Below are positions 49,291 to 61,640 of a stretch of DNA of 64,000 bases, piece after piece (within the stretch, counting starts at the first letter, position 1; every line of letters begins with the position of its first letter). The stretch is from Eledone cirrhosa (taxonomy: Eukaryota), in assembly GCA_964016885.1 (NCBI GenBank), contig OZ024745.1, positions 48,856,001-48,920,000 on the forward strand, read 5' to 3'. A program made the position numbers and the translations under genes. The notes beneath the pieces are model-generated. The model ran no database searches and was not told the DNA's origin. It was given only the letters and a program-made list of their open reading frames with translations.

Positions 49291-52200
49291 GTCATTAATA
49301 ATATGACCATTCTAATATATCAAGTAGTCTTCCAGTATGAGGCTATCCATTATTGAGTATTGCTTTACTGTGCACAAAGTTTAAGTTTTACACGTGTATA
49401 GGAACGTAGGGAGATGCAGTATTTTGTGCAGTCTAATTTTAAGATATTAGCTGATAGTTGATGTCCAGATGCCATAGCTGTTATCTCTACTAGATGATAT
49501 TTATAGTGTTAACATTGTAATACATTTGTTTTGTGCCATTCTAGATTCATTTCAACACATAGATTACCTCTGTGTGACTCTGGGATGATAAAGAATTTAA
49601 GGTTACTGTGGCTGAACAAACAAAAACAAAATCAGCAAGTTTATAAGCTATCAACAACACTGATTTTTCTTTTTTTTTATTATTTGAAATAGGTGACATA
49701 TATTTTTAAAAAATACACCTGTATTTTTGGCTCTTGGGTCCTTATGATAAAATAAAAATAATATAGTTTGAATATATGACATTGAATTTTGTCCTCACGA
49801 TGACATCTGATGGTGGCTAAGGGCAAAAGGGTTTGATGAATTTCTGAGTTCTATGCTATCATTTGTCTTTCAGGTCTATATTAACAATTGTAAATAAAAA
49901 TCACTAGTCACCCTAATAATATCTGACCAATATTTAAAACAGCTCCCTTTGATTATGATTGAAATATCTTTGAATTTAATGCTAAATCTGACATCAATTC
50001 TTAAAAAGAATTGGCGGAATTGTTAGGGCATCAGATTATCTTGGTATTTGTTTTGGTTCAAATCTCACTAAGGTCAACTTTGCTTTTCATCCTTTTGAGG
50101 TCAATAAAGAAAGTATCAGTTGAATACTGGAGTCAATTCTTCATCCATCTCTCTTTATCACTTTCTCTTGCTCCATCTCCTTCTCTGGAAGAAATCATCT
50201 GTGTTCAGATCTGGGCCTTATTAATAATCTAACATTTTAAAAACACTTTTGCTTTCTAGATAGGTTTGTATATATTTATTTTTATAAATTCGATGGTTTT
50301 CTTGACTTGAAATCATTTATCAGGACTGATATAAATATTTCTTTGCTCTAGGATAAATTATATTGTCAAACTACACAGAGTTCAAATCCTTAGCTTTAGC
50401 CATCAATTCTCTACATGGCAGTGGTTTTTACTGAGATGATTTGGGATTTTTATATTTTTTTATAAAGTTGGAAAATTGTTGGCACACTTTATTTGTTGGC
50501 ACAAAAATGTTGGCACACTTTATTTATTTGTCATTGTTAATTCTTGTTACCATTGAAACCAGATGAACAAGATATTCTTGAAAAGTACAAAACAGTACTA
50601 TGATTGTATTACATTAAAAATTAAAGTCTTTAGTTTACTGAAAATGTTCTCAACAATCTCTTTATTAGTAAAAATACTATAAACATTTAAATTAACACTC
50701 CTCTTTCTAAATAGTTTCTGCTAAATCATTATAGGTTGTTAAGAGTTAACCATCGTTAGTCTTTGCAGGATAAAAGCAGCCTTTATTTTATGCAAAAATA
50801 TGAAGAATATATTGCAAGTGAGAGGTTCTAACTATATCTGTAAACCAATTATTTATTATCATAATTAACACTGTCACATTGCTGAAGATTTGATCTTTTG
50901 GATGCATTTGTGCTACATTCCATACAGCTAATTCCCTCCAGGCATTTATTTTAACTGTAATTAAATCTCATTGGGTGCGATAGTATTTTATTTTCCTTTT
51001 CAAATATCTACAAGATATTGCTAGTAAGAGATATTAACTATGTCGACCAATCATAGTAGTAGTTATATATTCTGGAGTACTGGCTTCAAAGGTGTAGTTG
51101 ATTATATCAGCCCCAGTACTTGTAGATACAATCTAGTGGCTAGGGTGCTAGTCCCATGATTATAAAGTTGTGAGATTGATCCTTGAACTGGGCAACATAT
51201 TGCATTCTTGAGCACTTCATTTCATGTTTTTCCAGTTCATTTAGCTGAAAATGAGTACCAGCACTAGGTGAAGGTTAATCTTGCAAAGGACTGGTGCCCT
51301 GTCCAAGAGTGGATCCTGTACTCTCAGTCACTCAATACCACATGAAACTGGGGTAAGCCTTGGCTTGATGAGCCTCTGAGCTCAATAAAGATTTTTAACT
51401 TGCAGACTGGTATTTATTTTATTTACCTTGGTAGAGTGAAAAGTCAAGCCAAGTTGAATGAGATTGAACTTAGACTGTAAAGGGACAAGATGTTTCATCC
51501 AATACTCTCTCAATTCTGCTTTCTACTGTCTTTTGTCTGTATAATATATTCATATTGTAAACTTATCAAAGTTTCATAGCCTTTCAAATTGTATTTATGA
51601 TATTTTTAAAAAGAATTCTTATCTAGAAATGCACCCTCCCCCTTTTTTTTTGTAAACAAAGCTTCCCTCATCCAAAATCTTTGGTAACTGAAACTTACAT
51701 TTGTAAAAGAGATTCCAAGTATGTATTTTTATAATGTTTGATATTAAAATATTAAATTTAAAGTATCTCTTGCAATGCTGGTGTGTTGTTTTTCTTTTTT
51801 CATAACTATTACTATGTTGTTCACTTATAAAGAAGAAAGATCTGAAATAATAACTTGTATTTATTGTATTATATCTATCAAACGAATTTCAGTATGTTAA
51901 CGGTTCTCAAACATTTCACTTCCAAGGACTCCTTTTATTTAGATGAATTCTCTACCACCTGCCCTGCACTACAACTACATTCCTGCTAGATTGTTATACA
52001 CTGATAATAATAATTGAAAAAGATAAATAGATATCCAATAATATGTATATATTATGTTTTTAACAAAGTATTTGAAATTTTGAACTAATCTCATGAACTT
52101 CCAGTGGGCTATGGACACCAAGTTGGAAACCATTGCAATAGAGCAACTGAGACAGCCCAGTACTTTACTGGTACTTTATTTTATTGAGCTCGGAAGGATG

Positions 52201-54339
52201 AAAAGCAAACTTGACCTTAGCTGGATTTTAACTTTACCTTTCACCCTTCCAGGATTAATAAAGTAAAGTACCAATAAAGGATTGGAGAATTGCTGAATAT
52301 GGAAGGTATTAAGTTCTTTGAATTCAGTAACCTTTAAAACCTCATGTCAGCTTCATATTTTCGTTAGGAGAAAAGCTGAGATTAGGTTTCTTATCTTAAG
52401 ATATGAATGTTCAAAAGAGCAAAACATATATAACATTTAACCAAAATTTGAGAGGAAGTTTTGTAAATGTAAATTTCAATGAAAATAAGAATGTGGTAAT
52501 TTGCTGAAGCATTTTAAAATAAATATAAGGTGGTGGTGTCGGTGACAACAAAAAGCACAAAGTCCACTCTGCCAGGTGTTTGGTATTAAGAAGAGCATCC
52601 ATCTTTTGAAAACCAAGTCACAAAACGGATTGTATGAGCAAGACATGGTCACCTGACCTGTTGGGCCTACTAAAGTGACAGCTTGTCTAAGTTATGCAAG
52701 CGTGGAAATATAGATGTTAAGCAATGGTGATGATAATAAAAGACAATGACATGTCACGAAAAAAGGCTAAAGTAAGTAAATGGACTTGCATATTTGAGGG
52801 ACAGAAGCCTCACACAAAACTATTTATTCCTTTCAAAACAAAATCTTGCTTTAATATCAGATCTTATATGTTTGTCAGCACTGGAAATGAATACAGTATC
52901 AGAGGATAATATACAGGATTATTAAGTAGTTAGGAGATTGTGCGCCAGTAGATTGATGTTTGATCAGCAGTCACGCTAGATTTAATTATAGATAAACCCC
53001 CAAACACAGTGGTATTTAATTTCTTTGACTTTCAAATAAATGCTTAAATATTTTTTTAACATTACAATTTTAAATAATCTGAAACGTTAAAATCCAAACT
53101 CAGTTTTGCTACAATAATAATAACATTAGAAAAATGAATAAAATAGCCTTAGGGACAGAAATTAAGTGGCTGACAGCCATTACAGGGAATCGAACTTTGT
53201 ACTTCTAAACTCCGGTTTAACATTTCCAAATTCCAATAATTCACTTGAAACCAAATATGAATGGTGGTTCTTATTTACCTCCCCTTTACTAAAGGGAGTG
53301 AATTATGCGTTATTGATAAACGCACATAACGAACTGGACCAAGCAACACAGAATAGAAAACAGGCGAGCAACAGTTCACCTAGCTGAAAGTAGTCTGAGG
53401 TAAACTATTTTCGGAAAAGACTAGACAGTCAATGCTAGACTACCTTTAATTGCATATCTACTAAATGACTGTATAGAGCAGGCATGAGCAACTTTTTTCA
53501 AGCAGTGGGCCACATGAGATATAGCTCATCATAAGGTGGGCCACACTAATAAAAATATTCAAGGTAATTTTTTTTATCTCTATGCTATTCAGAAAATCAA
53601 TCAGACTGCATGAAGTCCACAGGCTGCTTGCGTCTCATTATTAGTTGGCATAGTGGATAATAATAGAAATAAACATTTATATCTTATAATTTTTAACATA
53701 AAAACTCAACATTTTAATCTCATTCGGTGGCATTAAAATACAGGTATCACTCATTTCAGGAAATTATAACTGCAACATTACATCCATTACTTGGGAACAA
53801 CACACAACTAAAACCATAACACTCTCCATGAATGCAAGACCTTACAATCTCTGATGACTTTTTGCTCTCATTACACATCCACAAAATGACAAAGATTGAA
53901 TTATAAATGCTATATTTCTTCTTTAGAGTCACAAAACATGTTATTTGGGAACAACAGTGTATATGTGGTGCAAGTATTTTTTTTTCTACATTGCTACATA
54001 CACATCTGAGATAGGATACCTACTATGCCAGATATTTCCAAATATTTCGCATTAGTAACAGATAAAAAAATAAGACTAAGATTTGTAAGTGACTCAACAT
54101 TAATAAACAACTAAATAGATCACATACCTAATGGTAAACATTTATAAAAATTGATCAGGTTTGACTGAATTATGCAACACACCTAAAGATTATCTGTGGA
54201 ATACTAAAGTGACATGACACACATTTTGGCAATCTCTTCACTATGCATGTACATGTCTTGAATTACCCCAGAATTGATCAAGTGTTAGATAGTAAAGCTT
54301 TCTATTACCAATGCTACGAACCACTGAACTATTGCTGTG

Positions 54340-54660
54340 CTCTGTTTTGGGTGTTTTCTTGGTTTTAGGTAGTCTCAGATAACTAGATGGTGATCAGTTG
54401 ACAGCTCAGCCCCTCTGTTAACACGAACATCAGCACGGAATTGAAGAGACCAGAGACAATAACGATTTCTAGTATTGATCTCTGTCCCCAATTTCCTTTA
54501 TAGCATGTATATTTATGGATGTCTTTGTGCTGGAAGATGTTCATAATAGAGACCTTTAATAGGGTCTCTACATTCGTATTTAGATCGGAATCACAATTCT
54601 ATCCAATGACTCCTTTCCATGTGAAGTGGTCAATGCCAACATTGTACATTGAAGTCTCCC
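54340..54660 (-). mobile_element. RTE APE endonuclease relic
   Basis: [40 protein letters not shown]. Confidence 0.78.
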
Positions 54661-54924
54661 ATTATGACATATGACACCTACCGACCTTGGTAGGGTTGCT
54701 AGTTTAGTCACTGACGACCTGACTATGTGACAGGTTGTACTGGGCTACAAATAACCAGATGCACTTGAGAGCAACCTCACACACACACACACACATAATC
54801 GGTGCTTCCTTTTCCACATTGGATGTCTCTCCCTCAACCTACAGCTGGCAGCTTAATCACCACCACTATCATTAATATATCGCCAGTCTGACCAACGACA
54901 TACCGTCCACTCTATTGTTGTAAA

Positions 54925-55227
54925 TTAGTGCTGGCACTATGATAAAGTGTACCCAGCCCACTCTGTAAAGTGGCGGTGCCGATGCTTTGACAAAAAAGCC
55001 TCTAATCTACCCTTGTAAGGTGGTAGCGCCGAAGTCATGATAAAATACTTCCAGTACACGCTGCAAAGTGGTTGACGTTAGGAAGGACATCCAACCGTAG
55101 AAACCAAGCCCCAAAACAAAGCATACGAGCAAGACGTAGTCACCTGACAAATCTAGCCTTAGTACATGATAGCCTGTCTAACCCATGCAAGCATGGCAAA
55201 TAGACATTAAACAGTGCTGATGGTGAT
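54925..55227 (+). mobile_element. RTE-tail retroposon with three ~47-bp internal modules
   Basis: Modules ..aaag(t/c)..cccag..ctctgtaaagtgg repeated 3x, then aggaaggacatcc..catgcaagcatgg. Confidence 0.72.
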
Positions 55228-55559
55228 ACATAAATAATTGTTTCTACTTTTGGCACAAGGCCAGCAATTATCCCAGTGCATTACTGGTACTTTATTTTAT
55301 CGACCCCGTAAGGATGAAAGGCAAAGTTAACCTCGGTGGGATTTGAACTCAGATATAATAAAATCTAAATACTTAGTTTTTTTATTTGTTTTGTAAGATT
55401 TGTTATGTAAAATCGTGTGTTGAATAAGATATAACACTGTGGGATGGACAGACTGCCAATAAATAAACACGCAACAAGAATTACAGGAGCTGGTGCAGTA
55501 ATATGCCAGCTTCAGCATTCAGTTAGGGAGGTAGGTATAAAAGCCAAACTCACTATTTT

Positions 55560-55840
55560 CAATTCGAATTGAGGAACGACAGCTCCGATATTACGGGCAT
55601 GTGCTTAGAATGTCTCAGGAAATAATCGTTGGACAGATTTTACGAGCAAAACCAACCGGCAGGAAACCCATGGGTAGACCCCGAGCAAGATGATTGGATA
55701 ACATCGATGAGCTTGGCTGGTCTCGTTTGGGGACCCAGTCGGATCAGTTGGAGAGGGTTGCTTCTGACAGGACCCGCTGGAAGAAGTGTTTGAGGACTCT
55801 AACCCAACAACCCTCTCAGGAATAAGTGAATGAAGAAGAA
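55560..55840 (+). mobile_element. RTE (second family) 3' end with (GAA)n tail
   Basis: RQLRYYGHVLRM..KPTGRKPMGRPRAR..DRTRWKK; tail gaatgaagaagaa. Confidence 0.8.
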
Positions 55841-57221
55841 AGCATTTCTCATTTCTGTTTCATTCCGTAAAATCAGAATTTGTATATAAAAAAATCTAAC
55901 AAAAAAAAAGTTATTTAATTGTATTCGGGTTAAAAAGCGGGCGGTTGAAAAAGATAAGCAACAGGAGTAATTAAGACCATCGTAGTTATCTTCCTTGACA
56001 ACTTAACCTGTCCGTTGTTAGGACGCTAAAAACTATATTATGGATTAATATACCAACAGAAGTCGTTTACCATCATCGACATATTTTCTTTCTATTGCAA
56101 ACACCTTGCAAAATAGAAGCTTTGTTTCTTTTGAACTCCTTCTTTAAAGTGACCACCCAAGATTCGATAGTTCATCTATTTCCATTGAAATGTGAGTATT
56201 AAACTTATTGTTTATTATTGTAGCTAAGAAGAGTTAACTCGAGCCAAAACATGCTGTAAATTATAATTATTGGTTTTCAAGAATAGGAATTGTTACCAGA
56301 ACTATTACATAAAATCAAAGTTTGTACTTCGTTTTATTGAACATGATTTATTTGGCAATGCATTTACTTTTGAACACGGTTGTCATTTAAATGAAATTCT
56401 ACCGTAGACAACTTTATCAAAGAATTTGAGTATGTTGTGAGTAGTATATGCCGTCTATTCATCTCAGTTCTTGCAGAATAAAAATTCTTTATTATCAACA
56501 TGAATTAATATAATGCTTACAGAATGTAATTATAGACACAAATAAATGGAATGTATTTATTAAATATATACGCAAATAACATTACAAATTGCTCACAATT
56601 CTTTTAGAATGAAAATATAAACACATATAACAAATACAATTAACTATTTATTGCTAGGGACTTCACAAATATAACGCACCAAAATATATGACCAGAGCAA
56701 GAACAAAAACGACTGTCAATTCACAACTATGTGTCAATAGATAGTGTTTCCTTATGGTCCGTAGTGTATAGTTTAAATAACTTTCGACTGTGTTGATTTT
56801 ACTTATTCGTTAATCCATGTCTGATAAAATATGCAACACCCCAGCACTGAACACAATAATTTTTATGATATATTATATTATATCGAACTCATTCGACTGC
56901 ACGTCTCTTTATATTCAGCTTCTTACAAAATTTTGAAAGGAATCTTATATCTTCATTATTGGAATTCTTTTTCTTTCTCTCAAACAGTGGGAGATTGTAG
57001 GAATATATTAGCAGGAAATGCGGTGTACTCGGCCACTGTAAATAATCTTAAGAAAAGTTGTCAATTCCGTAACATAAAATATTAAACTTGGAAACTAACT
57101 AATGAATATAGCAACGAAGCACCAAAAGATGCATCTTTAGCTGTGCTTATTATATTGGTGAGTCCTGCATTCCCAGGCGTGCAATAGACCACAAAGGTAT
57201 TATTTTGCATCCCAGTTGACT

Positions 57222-57650
57222 AAAAAACGAATAATTTCCGACTGTTTTGAAGTAAATAAAAAGAACATAAAAAAACATTTCCCCTCCAAAGCGAGACATG
57301 TCTAATATTCTCACATCCAAACCCAAGAACTCTTACAGTGACCCTCCCTCATAAAAAAACGATTAATTACTGATGGTTTTGAATGCCATATTTATTCAAA
57401 CTACATGTAAAACATCAATTTCACCTCCAAAGCTAGATTAGTGTAATATTTACTTGCAAATCTAAGAACTCCGTGCGTACCCCTCCTCTTCTGTAACTAA
57501 AAGAAACTGAATAATTTTCGACGGTTTTAAACATTAGATTCATTCAAATTACACACAAAAAACAAAACAAAACAAACAAAAACAAAACAGAAAAGAGATA
57601 AATTTCATTCCTAACGCGAAACGAGTGTAATTGTAAAAATTGGTAGAACT
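57222..57650. repeat. Degenerate ~130-145-bp tandem repeat, three units
   Basis: Units start aaaaaacgaataatttccgactgttttgaa (57222), aaaaaaacgattaattactgatggttttgaa (57353), aaagaaactgaataattttcgacggttttaaa (57499). Confidence 0.7.
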
Positions 57651-57750
57651 GACTCCCAATATCCCTTAAATTACACCATCCCTTAAATTACATTTAAAAA
57701 AAAGGCACATTGGATAATGTAACCTCTGAAAATGAGGTTGGAAAGTCTTT

Positions 57751-58257
57751 GTTTCAGGGACGTACAACCAAACGAATACCCTCCATCAGGTATCTACCAT
57801 ACTGTGAACACCTTACTTCCCTGGGCATGGATACATTGAAACTCTGACGTCTGGCAACTGACTTGGTAAACACCCACAAAATCATTAACCATCTTGCCAA
57901 CAACAACTCTGAGCACCTTTTTGATTTCCATGTGTCTAACACTCGTGGGCATGCCTACAAAGTCAGAAAACAGCACAGCTCCCATGACTTTCGGAAACAT
58001 TTTTTCATGCTCAGAGTTGCTGAAGCATGGAACAAACTACCTGCATCAGTTGTTAGCTGTCGAGACACTGCATCCTTTAAAACCTCCATGCTTCCTGAGA
58101 TTCGCCAACCTGATGTCCCTCCCCTCCATTCATGTATTTCATGACTCATACACTTCATTTTCTTGACATTTGAACGTTATTCTATGTACTATACATGCAC
58201 CTTTGATGAGTAGTAGTGCACCTGAGCACTTTACACAATAATTTCATTATTATTATA
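57751..58257 (+). mobile_element. CR1/L2-clade LINE 3' end with (ATT)n tail, same family as 1-917
   Basis: TTKRIPSIRYLPYCEHLTSLGMD..NTRGHAYKV..RKHFFMLRVAEAWNKLP; ends ttcattattattat. Confidence 0.9.
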
Positions 58258-58904
58258 ATTATAGGTTTGCATGACACATGGGAGATGTTTCTCTTAATGA
58301 ATGGTTGGCAGAAATGTGTGAGTGGATATGGTAAATAAGGAAATTGAAAAGTAGACAATTAAGTTTTGTTAGGAATATATGAGGGATAAAAGTGTTCTGT
58401 TGGGGAACATTCTTCGAATAAGAATAGTTACTGATGCAGGAACTCATCACTTGGGGAAATGACTGGAATGCTGTTATGTTATGGAGGAGGAAATGAAAGT
58501 TAGTGGGGTTACAGACGATAGGGCAAACAGAGCAGCTTGTTATGTATGGGCTCTGCAAAGATAACCCCTGTTTTAGCACAGAAAAATGACCTTAAAACAT
58601 GTTTTTGTTGGTGGTGAGGTCAACTATGTCAAGTTTATCTTGGTAATTCCAATATGGAAGAATGGTGAGTTGGACATTCTTCACCTGTAGCAGGCCAGTT
58701 CTTGTACAAAACAAAGTATGTTATTTTGCGATCTTGTGTGTTTAGTCTATTCATGGTGACTCATATTCAGGTCAAGGCTGATGTATTAGCCCATGGGTGA
58801 GCCCCTAAGCTTTCAGGTATTTCAGAGGCCCCTTCTCTTACTGCTATCATCCTACTACAGCAAAAAAAAATTATTGTGCCTCTGGACTTAGCCTTATGAA
58901 TAAA

Positions 58905-59286
58905 TATTTCTAATTTAGGCACAAGGCCAACAATTTAGGGGACGGAGAAAGTCGATTATATTGACCCCAGTATTTGACTGGTACTTTATTTTATTGACTT
59001 CAGTGGGATTTGAACTCAGAACGTAATGAGTCATAATTAAATACCACAAAACATTTTGTCCAATGCTCTAACAATTCTGACAATCCACTGCCTTTAAAGA
59101 TAATACAGGCAGGATTCAGATATAATTGTTTCTACTTTAGGCACAAGGCCAGCAATTACCCAGAGTACATTACTGGTACTTTATTTTATCGACCCCGTAA
59201 GGATGAAAGGCAAAGTCAACCTCGGCGGGATTTGAACTCAGATCGTAAAGGGACGTAACTATGCTGGAAAGCATGGCGTCCGACCC
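58905..59286 (-). mobile_element. Two SINE family C copies; the second (59127-59286) has a 12-bp TSD
   Basis: TSD ttcagatataat at 59115-59126 and 59287-59298. Confidence 0.82.
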
Positions 59287-59750
59287 TTCAGATATAATGT
59301 GTGTTGCTTTTATGCTGCTGTTTGTAATATCTTAAACTGGATAATGTATTTGCAAATGGTGCATTGGTATTTAGTTTTACAATCGTATTGAATTGGTAGC
59401 AGTGTTTGAGCTAATTCTTCTGAGGTTTTGTGTATTTTCTTCTTGCCTATTATGGCCAGTGGTCAGTTATAATTTCAATATGCTTATAGTGAGGATGTGA
59501 TCTTTAGTTTGGTCAGAGCTTTGTTCAAGTCTCTTGTCTTGAATAAGTGCAGAAAGTACACTTCAGAACTTCAGGCAGTTACTATTTATATTACATTTTA
59601 TGCTGTGTGTGCACATGTATGTATATACATACAGGATTCAAAATCAAAGATGGATGAGTTGCGTAACGTCAAGTGGTTTTCCTACTATTACATCATGGTT
59701 AACTATACGGAATGACTAGTTCTATCCAGTGGTGAACCACCAAATTACAA

Positions 59751-59782
<32 letters not shown>

Positions 59783-59785
<3 letters not shown>

Positions 59786-60340
59786 GATAACAAATTATCA
59801 TTATTGGTAATCCAGTTAGAGGTTGTGAGTACTCTGTACTATGGATAGTTTTAACGTACAGCGTTGTTTGACTCAACAAGAGGTTTCCTTAGTTAGGTGG
59901 TGAGTTCACGGGAATTCCTATGCAGGTTAATCTTGGAGTAATAATAGTGAAAGAGTGAAGAATAACATGGTCAACAGTACAAAATGGGTTTTATTTACAG
60001 TATTAACAATTGTTTCATTGATTAGGATGTCTAAAGGTTGCTAATCACTCGAAGTTGTGTCACTCAACCTTCAGTACAGTGTATGCCTAATCAAATCATC
60101 GGAATAACTGACAAAATTACACTCAATGTTTGTTTTTATACTACGGAGAATTCAAACACGAGTGTAATTTTGTCAGTCATTCCGATGATTTGATTAGGCA
60201 TACACTGTATTGAAGGTTGAGTGACACAACTTCGAGTGATTAGCAACCTTTAGACATCCTAATCAATGAAACAATTGTTAATACTGTAAATAAAACCCTT
60301 TCTGTACTGTTCACCATGTTATTCTTCACTCCTTCACTAT
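59783..60340. mobile_element. Penelope-like pseudo-LTR with an inverted partial copy (~189-bp arms) in (TA)n
   Basis: Arms 59944-60132 and 60153-60340; one arm extends ~160 bp further to a TA run; hammerhead-like motif in each arm. Confidence 0.65.
60174..60286 (+). ncRNA. Candidate minimal type I hammerhead-like ribozyme (mirror copy on the minus strand at 59998-60110)
   Basis: Stem I CAGT(C)ATT/AATACTG; core CCGATGA (non-canonical U4C); stem II TTGATTAGG/CCTAATCAA; GAAAC-AATT-GTT. Confidence 0.45.
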
Positions 60341-60347
60341 ATATATA

Positions 60348-60863
60348 TCTATATTATAAAGCTGACAGCCGTATGTATGTAACAAACTTTTTGCTAAACG
60401 GCTGGACCAAACAGCACCAAATTTGCACCATAGATGTAACTTTTTCCAAGAAAGTGAGGGTATTTTTGTCTTCTAAATTGCATTAAAAGATTAAAGATAT
60501 TTTATCGTTTATTTAAATATTCACTTCTTTAAAATTTTCAAATGTCAACACTTCCGGTTATACGACATTCCCCTCTCTTTCTTAGTCTGTCGTTTTAGAT
60601 AGATACATAGCTATAACGTCGCACCCTTATAATATTTCTCTGTATGTCTGGCTGTCTGCATTAGATACATAGCTATAACATCGCATGCTTATAATATCTG
60701 TCTGTCTTCACAAACCAAAGTATCGTCTTCCTGTTTTTCTTCGGTTGCAACGTTTTTCGAAATATTTACTTCTGCGTTCACAGATTGATTTTTTTTAGTT
60801 TCAGAAGATCCCGTTAAGGGTGAAAGCAGCGATTCTTTGCTTAAACTTTAATCTGTTATTTTA

Positions 60864-60906
<43 letters not shown>

Positions 60907-61640
60907 TATATCCAGAATCAGTAGAGGAGCTAGAGAATAAATTCTGGCTATGGAAACAGCAGTTGGAAGCAAGAGGACTGAGAGTGAACCTAGCTAAGAC
61001 AAAAGTGTTGATGAGTAGAAAAGAGGACAAAACTCTGATTCCGTCAGGGAAATGGCCATGTTCGATATGCAGAAAAGGAACTGGCATAAATTCTATAAAA
61101 TGCACACAATGCAGATCCTGGGTACACAAGAGATGTGGCGGGATAGCAGGCAAACTAACAGGTAGGGAGAGATATGTATGTAGTAGATGTACAGGGAAAT
61201 TAGACAGAAGTCGCATTGATAGACACATTTTTCAAATGCAGGCGAGCGCTATAGAAGTGGTGGATAGCTTCCGGTACCTTCATCTTTGCTCCCGAGGGCT
61301 GAACAAAAAATATTGTATACTCTGAGGCTCTAACAATGTAATTTATGTATTTTCTGTTACTTGGAATTTCTATTATGGTTGTACAAATTATTGTAAAGTT
61401 TGTTAAAAAATGTGTTCTCTGTTCAGCCTTTATTGTTGTAACTATCAATTTTCTTTAATGTATTGGCTGCTGAACTGGGGAATCCTAAAAACTATTCAAA
61501 CCCAACATCAGAGTCCGTTAACCCCGCCACCTCTGACTTGAGAGGGTGTGCGGTATCTTTGCACTGGAGTCGAGGGGGGAATTTTGAAAAGATAAAATGC
61601 CAGTATACCGAGCCGTGCGCCAGCCGGACGGGCCAGCTAG
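60348..61640 (+). mobile_element. Non-autonomous Helitron containing an internal RTE RT/PHD fragment (60911-61280)
   Basis: a|TCTATATTATAAA start; ccgtgcgccagccggacgg hairpin + CTAG|t end; shares ttagatagatacata..tataacgtcgc.cccttataatat with the 13062 Helitron. Confidence 0.72.

Noticed and set aside
56831-57085. 84-aa ORF near a consensus splice donor
   Set aside because: No recognisable domain; a stop separates it from the donor, and the other frames also contain stops.
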